From the NCBI GenBank assembly GCA_937925635.1, contig CALALX010000003.1, positions 6,598-70,597 on the forward strand: a stretch of 64,000 nt of DNA, written 5' to 3'. The notes under the pieces were generated by a model. It ran no database searches. It saw only the letters and a program-made list of their open reading frames with translations, and had not been told where the DNA came from. Below, piece by piece: positions 38,452-46,910 of this stretch. Both the position numbers and the translations under genes were made by a program. The stretch is from an uncultured Caulobacter sp. (GTDB lineage Bacteria; Pseudomonadota; Alphaproteobacteria; Caulobacterales; Caulobacteraceae). How positions within the stretch are numbered: position 1 is the first letter of the stretch; every line of letters begins with the position of its first letter.

Positions 38452-39555
38452 ATGAGCAAGCCAATCCTGGCCGGTCTCGCAGCTGCGGCGGCTACCATCG
38501 TCTGCGCCGTGGCGGCCCTGGCCCAGTCCTCGTCTCTGCCTCTGCCGCCTGGAAGCTGGCGCGACAGCTGTGGCGACGCCCGCGCCTACTCCCAGAACGG
38601 CGGCAAGGTCTTGACGGCACGCTGCACCAAGGCCGGCGGCGGCACGGAGATCAGCTCGCTCCGCTACGATCAGTGCCGCGGCGACATCGCCAACAGGAAT
38701 GGCCGTCTCGTCTGCGGCAATCCCGGACCGCTTCCGCCCCGTCCGCCCGTCGCCACGCCGGATGGCAGCTACCGGCAGTCGTGCCGCAACGCCGTCATGA
38801 TCAGCGGCCGGCTTCACGCCGAATGTCGCGACCGCGGCGGCGCCTGGAACCACACCTCCATCGACCCGGCCCAGTGTCGAGGCCGCGATATCGCCAACGA
38901 TGACGGCCGGCTGACCTGCGCGGGCGGCGGCGGCGGCGCCCTTCCCGAAGGCAGCTACCGCCAGTCTTGCCGCGACGCGCGACTCGTCAACGGCACGCTC
39001 TTCGCCGACTGCCGCGACAGCCGTGGCTACTGGCAGCGCGCCTCGATCGATCCGCGCAGCTGCTCGGGTCGTGACATCGCCAACCGGAACGGGCGTCTCG
39101 TCTGCGCCGGCGGCGACAGCCAACTCCCGCCGGGCAGTTGGCGCGCCTCGTGCGACCAGGCCTATATGTCGGGCTGGACGCTCAACGCCGTCTGTCGCGA
39201 CAGCCGCGGCCAGCGCGTTCGCACGTCCATCAACACCCGCACCTGCAATGGCCGCGACATCGCCAACGTCAACGGTCGGCTGACCTGCGGCGGCGGCGGG
39301 GGAGGCGGCGCCTCGATCACGCTCTGCACTCAGCCGAACTTCGGCGGACGTTGCGCGACCATCAATCGCGCGGCGCCGAGCCTGGGTCAGTGGGAGATGG
39401 CCAACCGCGCCGCGTCGGCGAGGGTCAACGGCCGCTGGCTGATCTGTGACCAGCAGGACTACCGCGGCCGCTGTGTCACGCTGGACCGGGACGAGCGCGA
39501 TCTGAACCGCGTCAGCTTCTCCCGCCGCATATCGTCGGTCCGCCCGACGCGCTGA
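38452..39555 (+). CDS. Secreted protein with four cyanovirin-N-like (CVNH half-domain) repeats and a C-terminal beta/gamma-crystallin domain
   Basis: Signal peptide ending AALAQ; 4x GS[WY]RxSC...C...S[IL]...C.G.DIAN.[ND]GRL.C; C-terminal ITLC.QPNFGGRC...RWLICDQQDYRGRC...ISSVRP. Confidence 0.8.
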   Translation: MSKPILAGLAAAAATIVCAVAALAQSSSLPLPPGSWRDSCGDARAYSQNGGKVLTARCTKAGGGTEISSLRYDQCRGDIANRNGRLVCGNPGPLPPRPPVATPDGSYRQSCRNAVMISGRLHAECRDRGGAWNHTSIDPAQCRGRDIANDDGRLTCAGGGGGALPEGSYRQSCRDARLVNGTLFADCRDSRGYWQRASIDPRSCSGRDIANRNGRLVCAGGDSQLPPGSWRASCDQAYMSGWTLNAVCRDSRGQRVRTSINTRTCNGRDIANVNGRLTCGGGGGGGASITLCTQPNFGGRCATINRAAPSLGQWEMANRAASARVNGRWLICDQQDYRGRCVTLDRDERDLNRVSFSRRISSVRPTR

Positions 39556-39593
39556 CTGGAAAGGGCGCGCGTCGCCGCGTCCTGCCGCCATGC

Positions 39594-39625
39594 AAAACGC
39601 CCGCCGGTTCCCCGGCGGGCGTCTT
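39594..39625 (-). terminator. Intrinsic terminator of ctrA (possibly bidirectional)
   Basis: acgcccgccgg-ttcc-ccggcgggcgt; GGAA loop and T-tract on the minus strand. Confidence 0.8.
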
Positions 39626-39653
39626 GTCGTCCGGAGGAGGGCTCCGGGGTCGA

Positions 39654-40349
39654 TCAGGCGGCGCTGACGCCTTCCTGCGGGTCGCGCAGCACATAGCCGC
39701 GGCCCCAGACCGTCTCGATGTAGTGGTTGCCGCCCGACGCCGTCGCCAGCTTCTTGCGCAGCTTGCAGATGAACACGTCGATGATCTTCAGCTCGGGCTC
39801 GTCCATGCCGCCGTACAGGTGGTTCAGGAACATTTCCTTGGTCAGGGTCGTGCCCTTCCGGAGCGAGAGGAGTTCCAGCATCTGGTACTCCTTGCCGGTC
39901 AGGTGGACCCGCATGCCGTTCACCTCGACGGTCTTGGCGTCGAGGTTCACGCCGATCTCGCCGGTCTGGATCACCGCCTGGGCGTGGCCCTTCGAGCGGC
40001 GCACCACGGCGTGGATGCGGGCGACCATCTCGTCCTTGTGGAACGGCTTGGTCATGTAGTCGTCGGCGCCGCCGCCCAGGGTTTTCACCTTGGTGTCGAT
40101 CTCCGACGAGCCGGACAGGATCATGATCGGGGTGTTGATCTTGCCGTTCCGCAGCGTGCGCAGAACGTCCATGCCGCTCATGTCGGGCAGGTTCAGGTCC
40201 AGCAGGATCAGGTCGTAGTCGTAGATCTTGCCCAGATCCACGCCCTCTTCGCCCAGGTCCGTCGTGTAGACGTTGAAGCCCTCGGACTTCAGCATCAACT
40301 CGATGGTCTGAGCCGTGGCGCTGTCATCCTCAATCAACAGTACGCGCAT
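39654..40349 (-). CDS. ctrA: Cell-cycle master regulator CtrA
   Basis: [28 protein letters not shown]...[16 protein letters not shown]; 231 aa from ATG 40349. Confidence 0.98.
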   Translation of the reverse strand: MRVLLIEDDSATAQTIELMLKSEGFNVYTTDLGEEGVDLGKIYDYDLILLDLNLPDMSGMDVLRTLRNGKINTPIMILSGSSEIDTKVKTLGGGADDYMTKPFHKDEMVARIHAVVRRSKGHAQAVIQTGEIGVNLDAKTVEVNGMRVHLTGKEYQMLELLSLRKGTTLTKEMFLNHLYGGMDEPELKIIDVFICKLRKKLATASGGNHYIETVWGRGYVLRDPQEGVSAA

Positions 40350-40391
40350 CGATCCCCTCCCCGCGGCCCTCCCGCGGCAACAGATGTGTGA

Positions 40392-40591
40392 AGGCGGAAT
40401 CCGCCTCCGGCGCTCACCGGCCACACTGCCGACGGGCTGCTTTAAGACTGGTTAATGGTGAACGACCCTCTGGAAAGAATCGTTAAGGCGATTTGCGAAT
40501 CGCGGGCAAGCGGCAAGTTCGGGCCATGGAGTCACAGGCCGGATGACTCTTTCGTGATCGCCGAATCCCCAGTGAATCCCGAGGGATTCAC
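40392..40591 (-). promoter_or_regulatory. ctrA promoter region: TTAA-N6-TTAA site and eight GANTC (CcrM) sites
   Basis: TTAA at 40442-45, 40452-55 and 40483-86; GANTC at 40397, 40477, 40497, 40529, 40545, 40563, 40574 and 40585. Confidence 0.8.
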
Positions 40592-40745
40592 AAACCCTTT
40601 GAGGCGTTGGAGTAGCCGTGGGCACGCCAGCCGCCGGGACGCCGCGAGGCAGCGTTCGACAACCGCCGTTCGACCGAAATTTTCAGGGTTCTGGAAGACA
40701 TCGCCCACCGCGACGGATTGCCTCGGACCGTCCCGCGGTAAACGA

Positions 40746-41921
40746 TCAGTCGGCTCGGACCGCCGTCTCGATGAAACCGCCGCCGAGGACGCGGCTCGGC
40801 GCTTCCGGCGCATAGAGGACGCAGGCCTGGCCCGGGGCGACGCCTTCTTCCGGCGTGTCGAGGGCGACGGCGATCCGCCCGTCGACGGTGGTCAGGCGGC
40901 CGGGGACCGGTTCGCGGGTCGAGCGGACGCGGGCCAGCACGGCGCGACCGCTGGCGGCCGCTTCGCCGATCGTCGCCTCGTCGCCCAGCCAGTTGTCTTC
41001 CTTCAGCGTCAGGGCGCGGGTCAGCAGCGCCTCGCGCGGGCCGACGATCACCTGGCGGGCGTCGGCGTCGATGCGGGTCACGAACAGCGGATCGCCGGTG
41101 CCGCCGCCGACGTTCAGGCCCTTGCGCTGGCCGATGGTGTAGCGGGTCACGCCCTCGTGCCGGCCCAGCACCCGGCCGTCCAGGTGCACGATGTCGCCAG
41201 GCTCGGCGCCGTGCGGGCGCAGGCGGTCGATCACCGTGTGGTACTTGCCCTCGGGCACGAAGCAAATGTCCTGGCTGTCCGGCTTGTCGGCCACCGACAG
41301 GCCGATGTCGGACGCCACGCCGCGCACCGCCGGCTTGGGCAGTCCGCCGAGCGGAAAGCGCAGGTAGTCGAGCTGTTCGCGCGTGGTGGCGAACAGGAAG
41401 TAGCTCTGGTCCCGATTGGCGTCGGCGGCGCGATGCAGCTGCGGGCCGCTCGCCGTGTCCTCGCGGCGCACATAGTGGCCGGTCGCCATGGCCGCGGCGC
41501 CCAGGTCGCGGGCGACATCCAGCAGGTCGCGGAACTTCACCGTCTGATTGCAGCGCACGCAGGGGATCGGCGTCTCGCCACGCAGGTAGGCGTCGGCGAA
41601 GTCCTCGATGACCTGCTGCTTGAAGCGACTTTCGTAGTCGAGGACGTAGTGCGGGATGCCGATGGCCTCGGCCGCCTGGCGGGCGTCGAGGATGTCCTGC
41701 CCCGCGCAGCAGGCGCCCTTCTTCTGGATCGCCGCCCCGTGGTCGTAGAGCTGCAGCGTCACGCCCACCACGTCATAGCCGGCCTTGGCCAGCAGCGCGG
41801 CGGTGACGGTCGAGTCCACACCGCCCGACATGGCCGCGACCACCCTCGTCCCCGTCGGAAGACCGACGGCGGCTCGCACGACGTCGTCGGCGATGTCCAG
41901 GGTGGAGGGCAGGGCGTTCAT
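40746..41921 (-). CDS. mnmA: tRNA 2-thiouridine(34) synthase
   Basis: [37 protein letters not shown] and PGQACV. Confidence 0.97.
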   Translation of the reverse strand: MNALPSTLDIADDVVRAAVGLPTGTRVVAAMSGGVDSTVTAALLAKAGYDVVGVTLQLYDHGAAIQKKGACCAGQDILDARQAAEAIGIPHYVLDYESRFKQQVIEDFADAYLRGETPIPCVRCNQTVKFRDLLDVARDLGAAAMATGHYVRREDTASGPQLHRAADANRDQSYFLFATTREQLDYLRFPLGGLPKPAVRGVASDIGLSVADKPDSQDICFVPEGKYHTVIDRLRPHGAEPGDIVHLDGRVLGRHEGVTRYTIGQRKGLNVGGGTGDPLFVTRIDADARQVIVGPREALLTRALTLKEDNWLGDEATIGEAAASGRAVLARVRSTREPVPGRLTTVDGRIAVALDTPEEGVAPGQACVLYAPEAPSRVLGGGFIETAVRAD

Positions 41922-41967
41922 AGGCCGCGATATAGAGGGTCGGGGCGAAGATTGCGACCGCCGGGGC

Positions 41968-42366
41968 TCAGGAGAGGAGGAGCGCGGGTTCGCCGATAGC
42001 CTTCAGCCGGCTGACCGCCCGCTTGTCGAATGAAACGAACTTTTCGGAGCCCAGTCGCTTCCCTTCGTAAGCGATGACGCCGTCGGCGAAGTCACCGCCT
42101 GCCTCCAGCATCGCCAGTCCGGCTTCGACCGCTGTCGCGTCCGCCGAGGCGTTGTCGCTTGCAAGGAGGCCGCGGATGGCCTTCGCCACGTCGGGACGGG
42201 GCGTCCGATAGCTGTAGGCCAGCACCCAGGCCAACTCACACAACGCCGGCAGGGTCAGCAGCACGACGTCCGCATCCTCCAGCGTTTTCAGCGCCGTTTC
42301 GTGCTGACCCTGATCGTCCGCCGTAAGCAGGCGCACGAGAACGTTGGTGTCAGGCGTGACCTTCAC
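41968..42366 (-). CDS. vapC: VapC family PIN-domain toxin
   Basis: DTNVLVR, CEL, DFAD and SFD acidic tetrad; GTGA overlap with the antitoxin. Confidence 0.9.
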   Translation of the reverse strand: MKVTPDTNVLVRLLTADDQGQHETALKTLEDADVVLLTLPALCELAWVLAYSYRTPRPDVAKAIRGLLASDNASADATAVEAGLAMLEAGGDFADGVIAYEGKRLGSEKFVSFDKRAVSRLKAIGEPALLLS

Positions 42367-42623
42367 CGATCGTCCAACTCGCCGGCCCAGCCTTTGGCGA
42401 TGGCCTCGTTGATCTCGTCGATCGTTAGTCGCGGCCCGTCAGCGCGATAAAGCATGCCGGCCACGTCAGAGATCTTGCCGGTCTTGCGCGCGGCGCTGAC
42501 CTCGATCCGGCCGTCGGGCCGGGCAACGACGTTGATCTTGTCGCCCGGGCCGACGCCGAGATGGCGCAACAACTCCTTGCGGAGCGTGACCTGCCCCTTG
42601 GCGGTGATGGTGAGCGTCGTCAT
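42363..42623 (-). CDS. vapB: AbrB/MazE/SpoVT family antitoxin
   Basis: MTTLTITAKGQVTLRKELLRHLGV.PGD. Confidence 0.9.
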   Translation of the reverse strand: MTTLTITAKGQVTLRKELLRHLGVGPGDKINVVARPDGRIEVSAARKTGKISDVAGMLYRADGPRLTIDEINEAIAKGWAGELDDR

Positions 42624-42628
42624 GGGCG

Positions 42629-42658
42629 GAATGTAAGGCAATATTGCCTTACATTCAA
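42629..42658 (-). promoter_or_regulatory. TA promoter (TTGAAT-N17-TACATT) overlapped by a perfect 28-bp palindromic operator
   Basis: gaatgtaaggcaatattgccttacattc (42629-42656) equals its own reverse complement. Confidence 0.85.
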
Positions 42659-42663
42659 CGCCG

Positions 42664-43425
42664 TCACCCCAGCACCAGCAGGTCGCCCTGGATGCTGAGC
42701 GGATCGGTCCCGGCCTGGCCGGCGGCGAGCCAGGCGTCGAGGCGGGCGAAGCCCTCTTCAAGCTCGGCCTCGCTCATGTGTTCGAACACCGAGATGGCGC
42801 GCAGCTTCAGCTTCTCGGCCGCCTCGGTCTCGTTGGCCGCATAGGTCTCGGTGACGGGCTCAAGGGTCAGCAGGTTCAGCCCGGCGGCGGCGAAGGCGTC
42901 GGTCACCTCGGCCAGGCTCGGGAACATCGCCAGCTCGATCTCGCGGGCGCGGTCGAAGAACCGGTGCCACCAGATCTCGCCGAGGCGGTCGCTGAGGCCG
43001 GTCCGGATCAGCAGGCGACCGCCCGGCTTCAGCACCCGCGCGATCTCGCGGGCGGCGGCGGCCTTGTCCGGCACGTGGTGCAGCGACAGGAACATCAGCA
43101 CCGCGTCGGCTGTCTGGTCGGGCAGCGGCATCGCCTCCGCTTCACCTCGGACGTACTGGACGGCGGGATGCGCGGCGCTCGCTTCGGCGACGGCCCGCAT
43201 CCGGTCGGCCGGTTCGACGCCGAAGACCGGCCCGCCGAAGGCCTCGGCCAGCGCGGGCGTCAGGCGGCCGACGCCCGAGCCAAGGTCGACGATCGCCAGC
43301 GGCCGCGCGACCGGCAGGTGTGCCGCGAACCGCGCCATCCAGCGCGCCAGCGCCTCGGCCGACATGCGGCGGCCCTCGGCGTAGGTCCGGTGCTGGTTGT
43401 CGTCGTAGTCGACCCGCTTGAGCAT
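42664..43425 (-). CDS. Class I SAM-dependent methyltransferase
   Basis: VDLGSGVG, GVEP, GEAE.MPL and LHH...RVLKPGG. Confidence 0.9.
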   Translation of the reverse strand: MLKRVDYDDNQHRTYAEGRRMSAEALARWMARFAAHLPVARPLAIVDLGSGVGRLTPALAEAFGGPVFGVEPADRMRAVAEASAAHPAVQYVRGEAEAMPLPDQTADAVLMFLSLHHVPDKAAAAREIARVLKPGGRLLIRTGLSDRLGEIWWHRFFDRAREIELAMFPSLAEVTDAFAAAGLNLLTLEPVTETYAANETEAAEKLKLRAISVFEHMSEAELEEGFARLDAWLAAGQAGTDPLSIQGDLLVLG

Positions 43426-43487
43426 TTTCAGCGCCTCCCGACCGGCAGTCGATCACCTGCGGATGGCGATGAAAAGGCGAAGCACCC

Positions 43488-44411
43488 CTACTTCAGAAGT
43501 CCCAGCAGCGAGCTCTGGCTCAGCATGTTGAACACCTGAGCCGAGGCCTGCACGGCCACCTGGGCCTGTTCCAACCTCGTGATCGCCAGCGGCATGTCGG
43601 CGTCGGTGATCGAGCCGACCATGCCTTCCAGCATCGCCTTGCGGTCCTCCTGCGCGGCCAGCACCTTGTCGACGCGGTTCTGGACCAGACCGTTGCGGGC
43701 GGCGTAGTCGGTGGCGGTCGAGCGGGCGACGTCGAAGTCGTCGAGCATGCCCTGCAGGAAGGTCTCCTGGGCCGGCGTGAGGTTGCCGGTGAAGTCGCCA
43801 TTGGCCTCGACGTAGGCCTGCATCTGCTGGAAGGCCGAGAACACGCTGGTTCCGATGTCCGAGGCCAGGAAGCCGGTCTGGATGGTGGTCGACTCGTCCA
43901 GCTGACTCACCGGGGTGAGGCCGTCATTCTGGAACATCGAGGCGATCGGCGGGCCCGCCGTCAGGTCGGTGATCTTGGTGGCCGTGGTCGCCGCGGAATC
44001 GACCTGGCCGCCGGAGAACAGGTAGCGACCGGCGTACTTGGCGTTGATCGAGTCCGCGGCCGATGAGAACCAGGAGGCGATCTCGCCCATCAACGCCTCG
44101 CCGCGCCCGGTGGCGAGAGCCTCCGCGATCGCCTGCCGGGCGCTCTGGGTAGAGTCGGCGACCTGGGTCAGCGCCAGGTTCTGGGCCTCCAGTCGCGAGG
44201 TCAGCTGGTCGCCCTGGGCGAGATAGCCGTCGACCTTGGTCTGCAGGCTGCGCGTGGCCAGCAGCGTCTCCGCCTGCTTGGCGTAGCCCTTCAGGTCCGA
44301 CGCGTTCTTCTGGCTCGACACCTGGGCGTTGGCCGCCTGCTGGCGCACCTGCGCCTGCATCAGGTTGTTGAGGACCGAGCTGTAGTTGTTGGCGGTGGCG
44401 ACGCGGTTCAT
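43488..44411 (-). CDS. flgL: Flagellar hook-associated protein 3
   Basis: MNRVAT...GRYLFSG...flagellin-like C-terminus; follows flgK. Confidence 0.9.
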   Translation of the reverse strand: MNRVATANNYSSVLNNLMQAQVRQQAANAQVSSQKNASDLKGYAKQAETLLATRSLQTKVDGYLAQGDQLTSRLEAQNLALTQVADSTQSARQAIAEALATGRGEALMGEIASWFSSAADSINAKYAGRYLFSGGQVDSAATTATKITDLTAGPPIASMFQNDGLTPVSQLDESTTIQTGFLASDIGTSVFSAFQQMQAYVEANGDFTGNLTPAQETFLQGMLDDFDVARSTATDYAARNGLVQNRVDKVLAAQEDRKAMLEGMVGSITDADMPLAITRLEQAQVAVQASAQVFNMLSQSSLLGLLK

Positions 44412-44415
44412 GGTT

Positions 44416-46533
44416 CTAGCCCACCATGTTGAGCAGGACGTCGTAGAGGTCCTTGCCGGCCTGGACGAGCCTGGCCGAGGCGCTGAACGCCTGCTGATAG
44501 GTCGTCATGCTGATCAGCTCCTGATCGAGGTTCACGCCCTCGGCCGAACTGCGCCGGGTATCGGCCTCGGAGGCCACGGCGTCGGCGATCTCCTGGCGCG
44601 AGGCGGCGCTGTCGGCCTTGCGGCCGATCGAGCCGGCGAACTCCGAGGCGTAACGCGAGACGCTCATCGAACTGGAGGCCGCGCCGCCGACCGCGTCGAA
44701 TCGCGTGGTCACCTCGCCGGCTCTGGCGAGCAGCGCCGCGCCGCGGCCGTCGCCGATGGCCAGTGCAGGCTTGTTCAGCGCCGCCTGGGCCAGGTCGAGG
44801 GTGGCGAGGGCCAGCTTCGCCGGGTTCGCCGCGATATCGGCGCGGACCGAGAAGGTGCTGACGCGCGAGGCGCGCTGGGCCTGGCCGATGCCGAACAGTT
44901 CCGACACGGACGGGCCGCCGACGCCGCGCGAGGTGTTGTCGTTCACCACCGAGACGACCTGGCCGGCCGAACCCGTGAAGCTCATCGCCCCGTCGGCGTC
45001 GAGCGAGAACTGGCCGTAAAGCCCGACGCCGCCCACGTTGGCGTTCAGGGCGTTGAGCAGGTCGTTCATCGCCCCCCCGGCTGGGATGGCCACGGTGACG
45101 TCGCGGATCCGCGAGCCGTCCTTGTCCGCCAGGCGCAGGGTCAGGGTGTCGCCGGCCGTGAAGCCGTGCGGATCGGTCGTCGCCAGGCCGGTCTCGTAAT
45201 AGGGATGTCCGCTCGAGGCGACGAGGTCGTTCATCCCGAAGAAGTGGGAGAAGCCCTTGCCGGCGCGGTTCGACGGCGTCGTCGCGTCGTCGGTGATGGC
45301 CACGCCGGCGGTCCCGGCCGCCGTCAGCGTCAGCGCGCCGTTGGCGAAGCTCGCCGCGCCTTGGCCTCCCAGCTGGCCGTTCAGGGTGGCCATGAAGGTC
45401 GCGGGGGTGAAGCCCGTGGTCGTGACGCCGCCGTCAATGCTCATCGTGCCGGCGCTGAAGTCGATATCAACCTTGCGCGTGATCAGGCCCGCGGCGTCGA
45501 CGATGGCCACCGTCGTCTTGCCGCTGAACCCGCCGATCGCGGTGGAGAGGTCCATGCCCGTGTCGCGGCCGGTCAGGGTCGTCGGCGCCGGCACGGCCGA
45601 GGCGGCGTTGTGCGCGCGGTTCATCTCATCGACCGCGCGGGTCACGAATTCCGACAGCTGGTCGCTCAGCGCCGGCAGCTCCTTATCGCGCAAGTCCAGC
45701 AAGCCGCGGATCTCGCCGGCGGTGATGCGCGCCCGCAGCGACGGCTCGCCGTTGGCGCCGGGCAGGGAGACGGTGATCTCGCCCGAGGCGCCGTCGGTGC
45801 GCACATACTTCAGCTCGGCCGCGCCGCCTCCGCCCGCGAGGGCGTTGCCGTCAGAGGCGCGGATCACAACCCCGCCGTTGGCGCGCGGGGTGACGCTGAC
45901 GTCCATCAGCTTCGACAGCTCGTCGATCAGGCCGCCCTGGATGTTCTCAGAACCCGTCGAGTCGTTGCCCTGGATCTGAGCCCGACTGATGTCGGCGTTG
46001 AGGTCATCGATCTGTTTGAGCAGCTGGTTCACGCGGTCGATGGCCGCGCCGATCTTGCTATCCGCCTCCGTGCCCATCGCCTGCAGCGAAGTGGAGATCC
46101 GCGTGGCCTCGGCCAGGAAGTCGGTGACGCCATCGATCGCCTGGCTGCGGCGGATGTTCGAGGCGGCGTCGCCCGAGGCGGCGGTGAAGGTCGCGTAGAT
46201 CTCGTCCAGGCGCGTGAAGAACGAGTTGTCGCCGCCCGGATCGCCGAACAGGGCCTGCGCGCGGTCCATGGCCTCGGAGATCACGCCGGCTTCGACCGAG
46301 GCGGCGCGCGCCGTCATCGAAGCGCGTTGCAGGAACTGGTCGGCGGCGCGGCGCACCGCGGTGACATCCACGCCCACGCCCATGCCGGCCGAAACCATCG
46401 GGGCCTGGTCGACCACCTTGCGGACATAGCCAGGGGTGTTGATGTTGGCGATATTGTCCGAGACCGTCCGCAGACCGGTCTGAGCCGCCAACAGTCCGCT
46501 GTTGGCGGACGCCAGGATCCCGCCCAGGCTCAT
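44416..46533 (-). CDS. flgK: Flagellar hook-associated protein 1 (FlaN)
   Basis: SGL.AAQ..L.TVSDNIANINTPGYVRK...GVNLDQEL...YQQAFSASAR; ATG 46533. Confidence 0.95.
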   Translation of the reverse strand: MSLGGILASANSGLLAAQTGLRTVSDNIANINTPGYVRKVVDQAPMVSAGMGVGVDVTAVRRAADQFLQRASMTARAASVEAGVISEAMDRAQALFGDPGGDNSFFTRLDEIYATFTAASGDAASNIRRSQAIDGVTDFLAEATRISTSLQAMGTEADSKIGAAIDRVNQLLKQIDDLNADISRAQIQGNDSTGSENIQGGLIDELSKLMDVSVTPRANGGVVIRASDGNALAGGGGAAELKYVRTDGASGEITVSLPGANGEPSLRARITAGEIRGLLDLRDKELPALSDQLSEFVTRAVDEMNRAHNAASAVPAPTTLTGRDTGMDLSTAIGGFSGKTTVAIVDAAGLITRKVDIDFSAGTMSIDGGVTTTGFTPATFMATLNGQLGGQGAASFANGALTLTAAGTAGVAITDDATTPSNRAGKGFSHFFGMNDLVASSGHPYYETGLATTDPHGFTAGDTLTLRLADKDGSRIRDVTVAIPAGGAMNDLLNALNANVGGVGLYGQFSLDADGAMSFTGSAGQVVSVVNDNTSRGVGGPSVSELFGIGQAQRASRVSTFSVRADIAANPAKLALATLDLAQAALNKPALAIGDGRGAALLARAGEVTTRFDAVGGAASSSMSVSRYASEFAGSIGRKADSAASRQEIADAVASEADTRRSSAEGVNLDQELISMTTYQQAFSASARLVQAGKDLYDVLLNMVG

Positions 46534-46550
46534 GGCAGCCTCGACCGGAG

Positions 46551-46591
46551 CCCGGCAAAGCCTGACGCGCGCTTCGGCGGAATTTGCCGGG
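46551..46591. promoter_or_regulatory. Two ftr (FlbD-binding) elements downstream of the flgK promoter
   Basis: cccggcaaagcctgacg (46551-46567) and, on the minus strand, cccggcaaattccgccg (46575-46591); about +120 and +86 from the predicted TSS. Confidence 0.7.
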
Positions 46592-46682
46592 CGTTCTGGG
46601 GCGCTTGCCTGTGCATCGATGCTAAGCGATTGAAAAACATAGACTTCGATTCCGCGGGCGTGAAGACCCGCTAAACGACAGC

Positions 46683-46697
46683 GCAAGAGCGGCGCCA
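46683..46697 (-). promoter_or_regulatory. sigma54 promoter of flgK
   Basis: TGGCGC-CGCTC-TTGC on the minus strand. Confidence 0.8.
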
Positions 46698-46740
46698 GAC
46701 GCAATCAGGCGGCATTTCGCGCCCTGTCGCACCTCATCGG

Positions 46741-46757
46741 CCCGGCAAAAAGCGCAC
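46741..46757. promoter_or_regulatory. ftr1-like FlbD enhancer upstream of fliK
   Basis: cccggcaaaaagcgcac, about 100 bp upstream of the fliK sigma54 TSS. Confidence 0.65.
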
Positions 46758-46835
46758 CGACCCGGTGACGGGGCATGGGCGACGTCGCCGCAGATAGATG
46801 AGATAAAACAATACGATAGAGGTTCTGTGGCAAGT

Positions 46836-46850
46836 TGGCCCAAGCGTTGC
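46836..46850 (+). promoter_or_regulatory. sigma54 promoter of the fliK-flgD-flgE operon
   Basis: TGGCCC-AAGCG-TTGC. Confidence 0.8.
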
Positions 46851-46910
46851 TCTTACCCTGTCGAATGATCCGGGCGCAGCAGGCGCCGAGCTTCCAGACA
46901 CCGCTCAGGG

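Noticed and set aside
38540-39300. Repeated gacatcgccaac...ggc units as a CRISPR array
   Set aside because: Degenerate in-frame coding repeats of the CVNH-like domains; not identical direct repeats, and no cas genes
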